Positions 1-9,824 of a DNA stretch of 64,000 nt are shown here, piece after piece; the first letter of the stretch is position 1; every line of letters starts with the position of its first letter. Under the pieces are notes generated by a model. It saw nothing but the letters and a program-made list of their open reading frames with translations. It made no database searches and was not told the origin of the DNA. Made by a program: the position numbers and the translations under genes. The stretch comes from Staphylococcus phage LY01. Location of the stretch: the sequence record OR836606.1; one strand, 5' to 3'.

Positions 1-238
1 ATGAATAATTAGCATTATTTAATCTTATAGTATCATTATATAATACATTTAAATCTAATTGATTATTAATTTGATTGAAAATATTTTTATCATAATCTAT
101 GAAAAGTACGATTGTATTTAAATTTTTCTTATAACTATTCATAGACCTTTTTTGAAAGTTTATTAAATGCAATTGTATCAATAAATTCACCAACTTTCAA
201 TTGAGATATAATAAAAATTAGTTGTATTCACTTTTAAA

Positions 239-712
239 TTATTTAAAGTTATTTTTAACTAATATTCTTTTATAATCTTTTTCAGATAATAAGTCTTTTA
301 TAGCTTTAATTACATATTCATCTTTTTTATAAATTTTGTAATTATTTTTATTATCTTTAATCAAAGCGCATATATTCGAATTAGAACTTTTAATTAAACT
401 GAATACCACTTTTTCATTAAGTTTACCTTCTTCATCGAATATAATATCCTTAATACTTTCTAATATAATATCATTATAATAATCTTCTATATTATCTATT
501 TTATGATACATATTATAATGGTCTTTGTAATCTAAATGACTGAAAAATATTTGTCTTATAACCATATAGCCGCTTACATCTAGATTATTTTTAATTCTTT
601 TTCTTGTTTCTGAAATACTTGATTGTAATATATAGTAATCAAAATTAGAAGCCATTATCTTTTCATCTCTCTTTAAATAAATATTTTGGAAAGATGTATA
701 AGTATCATACAT
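239..712 (-). CDS. hypothetical protein (157 aa)
   Basis: ORF track; part of the co-directional minus-strand gene series; no recognisable motif. Confidence 0.5.
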   Translation of the reverse strand: MYDTYTSFQNIYLKRDEKIMASNFDYYILQSSISETRKRIKNNLDVSGYMVIRQIFFSHLDYKDHYNMYHKIDNIEDYYNDIILESIKDIIFDEEGKLNEKVVFSLIKSSNSNICALIKDNKNNYKIYKKDEYVIKAIKDLLSEKDYKRILVKNNFK

Positions 713-748
713 CTTTCACAATTTTATAATATATATTTAGATTGAAGT

Positions 749-2746
749 TTACTTAAATGTTAACTCTTTCTTAGCATCTTCAATGTTGATAATTCTAATA
801 CCTTTTTCTTTAGCTTTCTTAATTTTAGATGAATCTGAATTTGGATCTGGTGTAACTAACAAATCAGTCTTACCTGAAACTGATGATGTTACTTTATGAC
901 CTCTAAGTTCTAATTGTTCTTTAAATTCAGCATCTCTAAAACCACTAAATACAATATTCATTGGATCGACTGAATCATCGTTATTAGCTTCCATTTCTTT
1001 TTTAAGTGATTTAACATTCAATTCATTGAATAAGAATTCAATTAAACCTTTGTTTTGTTTATATCCATTTAAAATAATCTCAGCAGTAATATTAGCAATT
1101 CCTTTAATAGAAGTTAAATCTTTAATACTTAAATCTAGATAATCTATTTCTTGTGGATCATAGACTTTAGTAACTAATTTAAATGTAGTTCTACCTACAC
1201 CATTTAATCCTAATGAACCCAATACATCATAGTCATAATATTCTTTATTTTTATGAATTGTATTAATAATATTCTGCGCTGATTTCTCTTTAAATGTATC
1301 TACTTGCATAATATCATTTTTATCAATTTCATATAAACTTTGAATTCCTTTAGGTAGTTTATTGCCTTTATAAAGTTTATTAATAGTAGAGTATTCAATT
1401 CCTTTAATATTCATTTTATCTACATAGTTATTAATAATTCCTAATACTCTACACTCACAATCATTATTGATACATGATACAAATGTTTCATTTTCATTAA
1501 CTTCAAGTTCTTCGCCGCAATATACACACTTTTTAATGAAAGGTATAGGATCGCCATCAATTTCGTTAGTAGGAGATGGAGTTAAATAACTTAATACATC
1601 ATTACGATATTCAATAATAACTTCTTGTCCTTTAACTAATTGAAGTTCTTTAAAACGTTTATAATTAGCGATGGATACTCTTTCACATTTAGCTCCATTA
1701 AAATAAATAGGTTCAAATCTAACCACTGGTGTATAACGTCCGGTACCGTTTTCAGATACATCAAATTCAATATCAATAACATTAGTCTTTTTAGTCATAT
1801 ATGGGAATTTCAAGGCTACATCAAACTTATTACGGTCATTTAATCTACCTAAACGATTTCTATCATCTTCATCAAGAGCTTCAATAACTAATCCATCAAT
1901 CATGTATTCATAATACTCTCTTTCATCAGCTATTTGATGATATAATTCATTAAATTCTTTATAATCGTGTTCATCTTCCATAACAAAATTATACTGTGGA
2001 TCAAGTTGATCAAATACAGTACTATGACTAGTAATTGCTGAAATTAAATTCAATTCTTCTTGTCTAGTTAACTCTTTATTACTAATATTGATTCTCAATG
2101 GTAATAAATTAATTAATTTACGTTTTTTATAACCATCATCTGAGTTTAATAATCCTGCAACAATCGATCTAGGATTAGCATATTCCTCATCAATCTTATC
2201 AAAGTTACTGTAACTCATTACTGCTTCACACTTAATAGCGATGTCAATATTATCTTTAGATAAATCAATTGCGTTAATATCTACATCCGATTTTTTAATT
2301 TTAATATGACTGAAGAAATCAGTTAAGTCAGCCCCTTTACCATCTTTTCCTCTAGTTAAAGCTGATTTAGTTACTAAATAATCTCCTTTAGTAGTTAAAA
2401 TAACTAATACTGAATTACCATCATATTTCTGCGTAATTAATAATTCTCTATTAATTAGACCTTTCTCTTCGATCCATTCAGCTAATTCCTCAACTGAATT
2501 AACTTTAGCAACAGTTCCTACTAGTTCAGGATATTCATGTGAAACATCCACTAATTTTTTACCTTTAGAGGGTAAAGCTCCGCCATTAAATGGACGGAAC
2601 TTTTCGTATTCTCTCAATAACTTATCAAATTCTTCATCAGTTAATTCTGGTTGATCTGATGTATTATAGTATACATAAGATTGTTCTTCTAAATATTTTT
2701 GTACTTCATCTAAATTGCTTTTATTAATTTCATTAAATTTTAACAT
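749..2746 (-). CDS. ligA: NAD-dependent DNA ligase (LigA family)
   Basis: 665 aa; adenylation KxDG motif (KYDGNS); four-Cys zinc finger (CVYCGEE...CINNDCEC); C-terminal BRCT-like tail; SD AAAGGAG upstream of ATG. Confidence 0.85.
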   Translation of the reverse strand: MLKFNEINKSNLDEVQKYLEEQSYVYYNTSDQPELTDEEFDKLLREYEKFRPFNGGALPSKGKKLVDVSHEYPELVGTVAKVNSVEELAEWIEEKGLINRELLITQKYDGNSVLVILTTKGDYLVTKSALTRGKDGKGADLTDFFSHIKIKKSDVDINAIDLSKDNIDIAIKCEAVMSYSNFDKIDEEYANPRSIVAGLLNSDDGYKKRKLINLLPLRINISNKELTRQEELNLISAITSHSTVFDQLDPQYNFVMEDEHDYKEFNELYHQIADEREYYEYMIDGLVIEALDEDDRNRLGRLNDRNKFDVALKFPYMTKKTNVIDIEFDVSENGTGRYTPVVRFEPIYFNGAKCERVSIANYKRFKELQLVKGQEVIIEYRNDVLSYLTPSPTNEIDGDPIPFIKKCVYCGEELEVNENETFVSCINNDCECRVLGIINNYVDKMNIKGIEYSTINKLYKGNKLPKGIQSLYEIDKNDIMQVDTFKEKSAQNIINTIHKNKEYYDYDVLGSLGLNGVGRTTFKLVTKVYDPQEIDYLDLSIKDLTSIKGIANITAEIILNGYKQNKGLIEFLFNELNVKSLKKEMEANNDDSVDPMNIVFSGFRDAEFKEQLELRGHKVTSSVSGKTDLLVTPDPNSDSSKIKKAKEKGIRIINIEDAKKELTFK

Positions 2747-2800
2747 AAAAATTCTGCTCCTTTTTATCTAAATGATTTCATATTTTCTCTTTAAATAAAT

Positions 2801-3973
2801 TTAAAAAGCTTGTAACCACTGTCTTTCTTTGTTTTCTTCATTTATTTTTTTAATCAATTCTTCAAAGTAATTTAATTCATCTTTTTTACTATCACTTAGC
2901 ATTTTCAACGTAAAAGAATAATTTTCATCAATTTCGCTAAAATATTCTATATATTCATAAGAATCATAATAATGATTAACAAAACTATTTAAAGCAAAAG
3001 ACTTCATAGCAGTTAGATAATTATAATATTTTTTATTTTTTGATGAATTTTCGTTATTATAGATATATAAAGGTACACTTAAATCATAAAACATACTTAT
3101 ACGATTTAAAATTTTTAAAAATTTATCCTCTTCTAAGTTTTTGTACTCATATTCTTCAGAAATATAATAAGTATTGAAAATATCATTATCTATTTCTTTA
3201 TAATATTTTTCATAATATTTACTGATATTACTATTCATCATTAAATTAAATATTAAACCATCTGTATAATCTATATCTAAAGATATAAATTGATCAAAAA
3301 ATTTGTGAAATGTATTTTTATTAAAATTAAAAATGGATTCATATTTTTCACTATTTATGGATTCATTAATAGAACTACCAATCTCTTTATTCTCAATGCC
3401 TTCAAAATATATATTAGACATCTGAATTGCATTTGATTTTTCTTCATCGCTTAGTTTTTTCCAAAATGCATTGTCTTTTTTATATTCACTTATTAATCTT
3501 TTATTGAAATCATAAGGATGAACCGTAAGAGAACCCATATCACTCATCAATTCTTCATTTCTCATCATGTGTATATAGAAGTTCAAAGCTTTTATATATG
3601 ATATAGATACGACTAATTTTTCTTTATTATAACTTTCTGAAATTCTTTTCATGTTGTTATAGAATTCATCTTTATCAGTATCATTAATAATTTTATTTAA
3701 ATACGTTAGTACTAAATCATCTTCCACTTTAGATATTTCATTTAACTCCATTTTATAATTTTCTAACATTTCATCGTACTCTCTATAAAATACTGTATCC
3801 GATTTAAAGAATTTATTATACCCAAAATGTACAATAAAGTCCATTAATTCTTCAAATACAATTTTAATAAAGTTTGATTCCTCATTCATTATCTTTTCTT
3901 TTTTATCTAAAAATTTATTATACTTATTTTCAATCATAATTAAATCTTTCTCTTGCATATTTAAGCTTGACAT
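2801..3973 (-). CDS. hypothetical protein (390 aa)
   Basis: ORF track; SD TAGGAGTG before ATG. Confidence 0.55.
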   Translation of the reverse strand: MSSLNMQEKDLIMIENKYNKFLDKKEKIMNEESNFIKIVFEELMDFIVHFGYNKFFKSDTVFYREYDEMLENYKMELNEISKVEDDLVLTYLNKIINDTDKDEFYNNMKRISESYNKEKLVVSISYIKALNFYIHMMRNEELMSDMGSLTVHPYDFNKRLISEYKKDNAFWKKLSDEEKSNAIQMSNIYFEGIENKEIGSSINESINSEKYESIFNFNKNTFHKFFDQFISLDIDYTDGLIFNLMMNSNISKYYEKYYKEIDNDIFNTYYISEEYEYKNLEEDKFLKILNRISMFYDLSVPLYIYNNENSSKNKKYYNYLTAMKSFALNSFVNHYYDSYEYIEYFSEIDENYSFTLKMLSDSKKDELNYFEELIKKINEENKERQWLQAF

Positions 3974-3990
3974 ATCACATTCACTCCTAT

Positions 3991-4725
3991 TTATTTAAAA
4001 TATCTTGAAATATATTTATTTTTTACTTTCTTAGATAAAAATTCTAAAATTTCTTTATCGTTATCTTTATATATATCGTTAAATAAAATATCATTTATAT
4101 TTTCTATAAGTTCTATTTGGTCATCTTGAAACAAATAATCGCCACTATAAGATAATATTTCTTTTTTATATTTACTCGACAAGTTAAAGATATTATATAA
4201 CGATTTTTCGTTTAAGTCAAGTGTGTCAATCATTATTTCTTCTGAATTTAAAATTAACTTAAAAGAGAAATTATTTTTTTCATTATTTTTGACAAAATTT
4301 ATAATAGTTTCTACAATTAAAAATATTTTAGTTTTCAAAGACAATAAAAGGTAATCTTTACTAGGAGAGTTTACATTAAATGTATAATTAAAATTTGAAT
4401 ATACTATATTGAAAAGATTTTTTTCTTCATAATAGTCTAATATTTCTTTTAATTGATACAATTCTAATTTTCCATTAAGAGCGTATTCAAATGTTTTAGC
4501 TAAAAGAAGTTCATATCTTCTAGCATTTTCAAATATTTTTTCATCATCTTGTTTATTTTCTTCCTGTTTAATTAAAGGTATTAACCGATCAATTTTTTCT
4601 TGATCGGTTATATTTCTATTATATCTATTTTTCATTTGTTTAGTATCCATATAGTCCATTAAAATTATTTCAGATTTGTTATATATTATATCAAAATCTT
4701 TTTTAACTCTATTATAATCATACAT
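3991..4725 (-). CDS. hypothetical protein (244 aa)
   Basis: ORF track; SD GTGAGG before ATG. Confidence 0.55.
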   Translation of the reverse strand: MYDYNRVKKDFDIIYNKSEIILMDYMDTKQMKNRYNRNITDQEKIDRLIPLIKQEENKQDDEKIFENARRYELLLAKTFEYALNGKLELYQLKEILDYYEEKNLFNIVYSNFNYTFNVNSPSKDYLLLSLKTKIFLIVETIINFVKNNEKNNFSFKLILNSEEIMIDTLDLNEKSLYNIFNLSSKYKKEILSYSGDYLFQDDQIELIENINDILFNDIYKDNDKEILEFLSKKVKNKYISRYFK

Positions 4726-4739
4726 TATGATAACCTCAC

Positions 4740-5294
4740 TTATTTAAAGTTCTTTTCAACTAAATATTTTTTAACAGCTTTTTCAAATTCTATAGATAAA
4801 TCCCCATAGAATTCTTTTTCTTCTTTAACATACTCCATCAAAGATTTTAAATACATAACAGGATCAACTTTTACTATTTTATTTAGTGTTGTATTATAAT
4901 ATAAATATATTATGTCATCTTTTGAAGAAAATTGTCTTAAAGTTTCTTGTTTAGGTTTAAATAACTTCTCTTCTAATATTTCAACAAATCCTTCAATATG
5001 GAACCCAGCTGGAGATGAAATATTTCTTAACAACACAAATAAATGATAATCAACAACTGAATGTCTAATAAGTTCTTTTAAATTTTCTGATGTAACGATT
5101 ATACTACTACTATTCTGACCATATAATTCATTTTTGTAGTTATTAAATATATATGTTAAAACTTCGTTGTCATCATTAACTTCATTATACAACTTTCTTT
5201 TATCATGAAAAGACATAATATTGCTAATTATATAATTAAAATCTTTTTCATTATTTTCCATCATTTCTACATTAAACGTTGTTTCAACATTCAT
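4740..5294 (-). CDS. hypothetical protein (184 aa)
   Basis: ORF track; tight spacing with neighbours. Confidence 0.5.
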   Translation of the reverse strand: MNVETTFNVEMMENNEKDFNYIISNIMSFHDKRKLYNEVNDDNEVLTYIFNNYKNELYGQNSSSIIVTSENLKELIRHSVVDYHLFVLLRNISSPAGFHIEGFVEILEEKLFKPKQETLRQFSSKDDIIYLYYNTTLNKIVKVDPVMYLKSLMEYVKEEKEFYGDLSIEFEKAVKKYLVEKNFK

Positions 5295-5309
5295 TTTAAA
5301 TTCCCCTTT

Positions 5310-7247
5310 TTATTTAAACATTGTATTTACAATTTCAGCTCTAAAGCTCTTATTTAATTTTTTAGCTTCTTCTGGAAAGTATTTACTTAAATATTCACAT
5401 AAACCATTACAAAAATCTGTAGATGTTAAACGAGTGATATTCATTTTATCATAAGTGATAATAAATTCATTCTTTTCAAAATGATATTTTCCTCCTCTAA
5501 GTTTATCTTTAATGTTATTTACAATAGTTTTTGCAACTTTATTATAATTAATATTAATGACAATATCTATATTTGATTCTTTTAAAAGACCTAAGTTCAA
5601 TCTAGTTTCAAAATATTCATCTAAATCTTTATAATGGTATTTATCAAAATCGATGTCTATATCATAAGTAAAATTTTTAAATATTGAATTAATGATTTCT
5701 GTTTGTTCTTCATAATTATTTGCTTTATTATATAACAAAGGATTTACAATATTTCCCACAGTTAAATCAACTGTATTAATTTTACTTAAACCTTTTTTAT
5801 TGAATATAGTATTAATATTCATTTCTATACCGATTTTAATTACATTATTAATTTCTGTTTCAGATAAAAGATTATTCAGTATAGAATTGTTTTTAGCACT
5901 TTCCATAATTTTCTTTAATTGATTACTAGTTTTGCAAGTTATTAATTTAATTAATAATGTAGATACTTCAAACTCTTTTCTAGTTAGGTTACTTGGATCA
6001 AATAAATATTTATATAAGTATTTATAATATGATTTACCACTAATAATACATCTTTGATTAGTTAAATAAATAAGAGATTTAAAACTTCTAACTTTATTGA
6101 GTCTTTTAAATTTATTTATTTTATTTTTATTTATATATAGATCATCAATATAATGACCTAATAAGATATTTCGATAGTAATTCTTGTTAGATAAATCTGT
6201 AAATCTAATATTTTCATTATTTTCTATTAAAAGTGCATTATCAAGGTTACTCTGTCTATAGCTTTCTACTTCATCATTCATTAAACTTACTAATAGTACA
6301 TTATATTTATATATGCTGTAATTCATTTCCTCTTGTAATTCTTTTTTCAGATTATTATTCATTATAATATATATCATTTCATATAATATATCTTCAAATT
6401 CATTGAAATTCATATCTATTAGTAATTCGAATAAATTTCCATCATTGCCTTTTTTGTAATCTGTATATCTTGGAAATCTTAGATATTCATGCTCATTTGT
6501 TAATTTATCTAATAATTCTTTTAATGTATTTAAATTTTTGTTATCTATTAAATTTTTAATATAATCTCTTATTATATTAATAAAATAATCATGAAGATTT
6601 ATATCTGTATTCTTTATATAAATATTTCTTAAATTATCTTTAGATAAATATAAAAGTTGATAGTACGGAAATATTATGAATTTAGTAAAATCAGTTAATT
6701 TGAGAGGTCTATAAGATTCTTTATTAAATTCAATTCCATTAGCAATATTGTAAGGGGCTATTAAACTATAATAAGATATCGATATATTCTTACTTTTGAA
6801 TAGTTCATTTATAATACTACCTTCTGAATTAATACTATATTTTTTCAAATCAGATTCTAAGGTCATTAAAAGATCTTTATAAAGTTTTTTAGTTTCTTCA
6901 TCTAATTTTCTATTTTCCAATTTATTATTTAAATAATTTATAGAATTTTCGATATTATCTTGACGAGTATCTTTCTTTTCAATTGATTTATTATAAATTT
7001 CAAATACTTCACCATAACTTAAATTTTTCAATGTATATATGACTTCATTAAAAAACATTTCAAATTTTTCTTTAGTTTTATCATCTTTAAAATCAAATAT
7101 TTTATCAATTTTTAATTTATCATTTTTAAAATACTTAAAGTTATCTTTTATATAAAAATTTAATTTATAATTTTCCATTATCCAATTCATCTCCTTATTT
7201 ATAAAAAATAAAACAATATATGAGACAATGATCATTAACTTGAACAT
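5310..7247 (-). CDS. hypothetical protein (645 aa)
   Basis: long uninterrupted ORF; no recognisable catalytic motif. Confidence 0.55.
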   Translation of the reverse strand: MFKLMIIVSYIVLFFINKEMNWIMENYKLNFYIKDNFKYFKNDKLKIDKIFDFKDDKTKEKFEMFFNEVIYTLKNLSYGEVFEIYNKSIEKKDTRQDNIENSINYLNNKLENRKLDEETKKLYKDLLMTLESDLKKYSINSEGSIINELFKSKNISISYYSLIAPYNIANGIEFNKESYRPLKLTDFTKFIIFPYYQLLYLSKDNLRNIYIKNTDINLHDYFINIIRDYIKNLIDNKNLNTLKELLDKLTNEHEYLRFPRYTDYKKGNDGNLFELLIDMNFNEFEDILYEMIYIIMNNNLKKELQEEMNYSIYKYNVLLVSLMNDEVESYRQSNLDNALLIENNENIRFTDLSNKNYYRNILLGHYIDDLYINKNKINKFKRLNKVRSFKSLIYLTNQRCIISGKSYYKYLYKYLFDPSNLTRKEFEVSTLLIKLITCKTSNQLKKIMESAKNNSILNNLLSETEINNVIKIGIEMNINTIFNKKGLSKINTVDLTVGNIVNPLLYNKANNYEEQTEIINSIFKNFTYDIDIDFDKYHYKDLDEYFETRLNLGLLKESNIDIVININYNKVAKTIVNNIKDKLRGGKYHFEKNEFIITYDKMNITRLTSTDFCNGLCEYLSKYFPEEAKKLNKSFRAEIVNTMFK

Positions 7248-7297
7248 TGTCTCATATTTATAATATATACTTATTACTGATTTTAACTTAAGAATAA

Positions 7298-7888
7298 TTA
7301 TGAAAAATTATCTTTTACAAATAAATTATTTAACTCTTTAAATAATTTATCAATATTACTTTCTTTATGTGAAGTTAATAAAACTTCTTTTAAAGATTCT
7401 TTAAATTGATTTAATGATAACTGTTTCCATTCCCCTTTAATATTTATATAAGCTGAATGATTTCCAGTATTATACCTTTTATATTCTTCATAGAATGAAT
7501 TAGCTGCCTTTTTATAAGTTAATATATTAATCATAGGAAGAGAATCAATTTTATCCATAAAGAAATAATATAAAGGCGTAACTTCATTTTCTGTATATAT
7601 CAAGTGATCAATAGTATTTACTAATTCTTTTATAGTTATAACTTCACTTGTCTCTTTTGTATTTAAAGATATATCTTCTAAGTTTAAATAATCAATTTCC
7701 ACTTCTTCATCTTCCTTTTCAATTGACATTAGCGTTTCTTTACTATAATGATAGTTAAAACCAGAGTTATGGGATGTGTTATTTTTATTAATTTCAAATT
7801 GATCAAATCTTTTCTTTAAATATTCATTACCCTTTAAATATTCATTAGCCTTTAAATATTCATTATAATCAGAATAAATTTTAAACAC
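7298..7888 (-). CDS. hypothetical protein (196 aa)
   Basis: ORF track. Confidence 0.5.
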   Translation of the reverse strand: MFKIYSDYNEYLKANEYLKGNEYLKKRFDQFEINKNNTSHNSGFNYHYSKETLMSIEKEDEEVEIDYLNLEDISLNTKETSEVITIKELVNTIDHLIYTENEVTPLYYFFMDKIDSLPMINILTYKKAANSFYEEYKRYNTGNHSAYINIKGEWKQLSLNQFKESLKEVLLTSHKESNIDKLFKELNNLFVKDNFS

Positions 7889-7942
7889 AACCTTTAAATG
7901 TAGGAGTAACGATCAAAATAATAATCATTACTCCAATTTAAT

Positions 7943-8392
7943 TTATTTACTTTCTTCAATAATTTCTTTAACTAAATTATTTATTTCTTGAGGTTTTAAA
8001 TCATTGATATCATCTACATTTTCATATTTTTCCATTAAGAATTCTAATTGATCTTCATTTAAATCCATAATACCTAGTAATTCATCTTCTTCAGGTTCAT
8101 CAAATGTCATACTAACATTTAATGGGCTGAAGTAAGCATTAAGTACTTTAGTATTATTATTTTGAGTTCTTTTTTGTATATCTTTTGTATTGATCTTAAA
8201 TGGATTACCTGTATATAATTCAACTAATAAACGTTTACGCATATCTGGATTATTTGAGTACATATTCGTTAATTGATTGATTGCTTTGATAGAGCCACCG
8301 ATCATCATATTAGTTGTTTCCATTTCACCGATGCGGAGCGGATTGTTGTTAATTCTTGACAAATATTTCTTGGACATGTGTATTAGCTTCAT
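7943..8392 (-). CDS. hypothetical protein (149 aa); possibly the downstream segment of a gene interrupted by the 4-copy repeat array
   Basis: ATG at 8390-8392 lies inside hairpin H0 of repeat copy E1 and has no Shine-Dalgarno; an in-frame TAG sits in the conserved GATATAGTCT box just upstream. Confidence 0.45.
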   Translation of the reverse strand: MKLIHMSKKYLSRINNNPLRIGEMETTNMMIGGSIKAINQLTNMYSNNPDMRKRLLVELYTGNPFKINTKDIQKRTQNNNTKVLNAYFSPLNVSMTFDEPEEDELLGIMDLNEDQLEFLMEKYENVDDINDLKPQEINNLVKEIIEESK

Positions 8393-8523
8393 GCATTTTG
8401 CATAAAGATTAGACTATATCATTACCATTTAAGGTAGAATATATTTAGTCGTTGAACAAGCCTTACCGACTTGATGCTGATTTAATTAATAAATTATTCC
8501 AGCAATTAATATTACTTTTTTAT
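8391..8523 (+). repeat. structured intervening repeat element, copy E1 (first of 4 tandem copies)
   Basis: boxes as read on + strand: palindrome H0 (atgcattttgcat) - AGACTATATC - hairpin H1 - ATATATTTAGTCGTTGAAC - hairpin H2 (CAAG..CTTG) - GATGCTGAT - TTCCAGCAATTAATATT. Confidence 0.8.
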
Positions 8524-8588
8524 ATTATTCTTTCGAATAATACCGGACACAAGAAATTTATCCGGAGTTCTAGTAGGTCGTTTATCTT

Positions 8589-8720
8589 ATATTAATTTTA
8601 ATACAAGACAGACTATATCATACTCATTATTATGAGTGAATATATTTAGTCGTTGAACAATTTTCATTGATGCTGATTATTCTTAATAGAACTTTCCAGC
8701 AATTAATATTCTTTTACTGA
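8589..8720 (+). repeat. structured intervening repeat element, copy E2
   Basis: TTTATCTTAT - H0 (tattaattttaata) - CAGACTATATC - H1 (ACTCAT/ATGAGT) - ATATATTTAGTCGTTGAAC - H2 (CAAT/ATTG) - GATGCTGAT - TTCCAGCAATTAATATT. Confidence 0.8.
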
Positions 8721-8786
8721 GACATCTACATATCCCACTGTAATTGTTAAAGTCTAATGATTTTGCACTGATTTTCTTTACGTTAA

Positions 8787-8921
8787 TCTATATAATTTAT
8801 TATATAGAACAGACTATATCTTATACTTTTGAAGCATTAATATATTTAGTCGTTGAACAGTATTTAACTGATGCTAATCAATTTTATTAAATCGTCCTAG
8901 CAATTAATATTATAATTATAA
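8787..8921 (+). repeat. structured intervening repeat element, copy E3
   Basis: TTTACGTTAATCTATA - H0 - CAGACTATATC - H1 - ATATATTTAGTCGTTGAAC - H2 (CAGT/ACTG) - GATGCTAAT ... CCTAGCAATTAATATT; H3 shows a compensatory change (TGCTA/TAGCA instead of TGCTG/CAGCA). Confidence 0.8.
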
Positions 8922-8963
8922 ATTATATTTCTATAATAAACGGCAAATTTTTACCTGATGGCG

Positions 8964-9097
8964 TTATTCATATAATACATTTATTATATGACAGACTATA
9001 TCATAATCTATTAATATAATAGATAATCTTTATTTAGTCGTTGAACACTTAATTGTGATGCTGATTATTCTGATAAGAATTTTCCAGCAATTAAAAG
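8964..9097 (+). repeat. structured intervening repeat element, copy E4 (overlaps the 3' end of ORF 9065..9655)
   Basis: H0 (catataata/tattatatg) - CAGACTATATC - H1 (ATCTATTA/TAATAGAT) - TTTATTTAGTCGTTGAAC - H2 (CAC/GTG) - GATGCTGAT - TTCCAGCAATTAAAAG; the last 11 codons of ORF 9065..9655 are read from the conserved 3' box. Confidence 0.75.
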
Positions 9098-9655
9098 ATT
9101 TTCGAATGAATCTTTGCAGATACATAGGAGACATCTAATTTGATTCTCATGTTTTAATTTAAGGTGATACAAATCTCCAACCATAAATGTTCTATTACTT
9201 ACGTCTAATCTATTTTTCTTAATATTATATTTATTAAATACGTATCTTAATTGTTCTGAATCAATATTACCAAAAAATGGTGCTTGGTGTAGCACAATAC
9301 CTTCTTTAATAATTTCATCAATAGCTTCTTTAGTTTCAGATAAATCTAATTGATTAAATAATTTAACATAATTGTCATATGAAATTTTATCTACATCTTT
9401 AATATATCCTAATAGATATTCTTTCTGTTGATTAATATCATCTAATTTACTTATACGATGTCTTATTACATTTGACACATGATTTAACTCTAATTCAATT
9501 AAAGCTGATGGATTACCACGGTTAATGATACCCATATTATTATGAATTAAATCTACTCGTTTACTAATTGGTGTTTTAGTAGAATCTTTAGTGAAATCTT
9601 CTCCATCGAACTCTGTGATCATTGGCATTTGATCATCAGGTACAATTTCAGCCAC
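9065..9655 (-). CDS. hypothetical protein (196 aa); C-terminus encoded by repeat copy E4
   Basis: GTG start with AAAGG SD; C-terminal ...LLIAGKFLSE is the reverse complement of the conserved TTCCAGCAATTAA box. Confidence 0.5.
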   Translation of the reverse strand: MAEIVPDDQMPMITEFDGEDFTKDSTKTPISKRVDLIHNNMGIINRGNPSALIELELNHVSNVIRHRISKLDDINQQKEYLLGYIKDVDKISYDNYVKLFNQLDLSETKEAIDEIIKEGIVLHQAPFFGNIDSEQLRYVFNKYNIKKNRLDVSNRTFMVGDLYHLKLKHENQIRCLLCICKDSFENLLIAGKFLSE

Positions 9656-9725
9656 AACGCCTTTGCCGCCATCGAGTCTTCAGCAAAGATCGCTAATCTT
9701 TGCCCGTTCTCTTATGAACTGCTCT
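9656..9725 (-). promoter_or_regulatory. GC-rich structured 5' leader upstream of ORF 9065..9655
   Basis: gcaaagat-tagcg-atctttgc 8-bp hairpin inside a locally GC-rich segment (ggcggcaaaggcg) about 20-50 nt upstream of the GTG start. Confidence 0.3.
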
Positions 9726-9790
9726 AGATTTTCTCTAGAAGACGAGACTATATCTTCACCCTAAAATTTAGGAGAACTATGTTTCCATTT
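9725..9790 (+). repeat. partial or degenerate copy of the intervening element (E5: H0-box1-H1 only)
   Basis: tctagattttctctaga palindrome - AGACGAGACTATATC - CCTAAAATTTAGG hairpin; the GTTGAAC, GATGCTGAT and TTCCAGCAATT boxes are absent. Confidence 0.45.
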
Positions 9791-9824
9791 AATAGAATTA
9801 CATTAAGCTAATATCACTTAAAAA

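Noticed and set aside
1640-1843. Plus-strand ORFs embedded opposite minus-strand genes (1640..1843, 14596..14838, 17862..18266, 23715..23978, 31265..31510, 34955..35158, 36511..36705, 38564..38764, 38616..38930, 40261..40482, 52098..52394, 54423..54656) and minus-strand 47200..47382 and 62472..62696
   Set aside because: They lie entirely within longer ORFs on the opposite strand or in another frame, have low-complexity AT-codon composition, and lack SDs; these are antisense artefacts of AT-rich DNA
8391-9097. Four tandem repeats with variable interiors looked superficially CRISPR-like
   Set aside because: The repeat unit is about 130 nt with internally variable hairpins, not 25-40 nt direct repeats separated by unique spacers; there are no cas genes; the same unit occurs singly elsewhere
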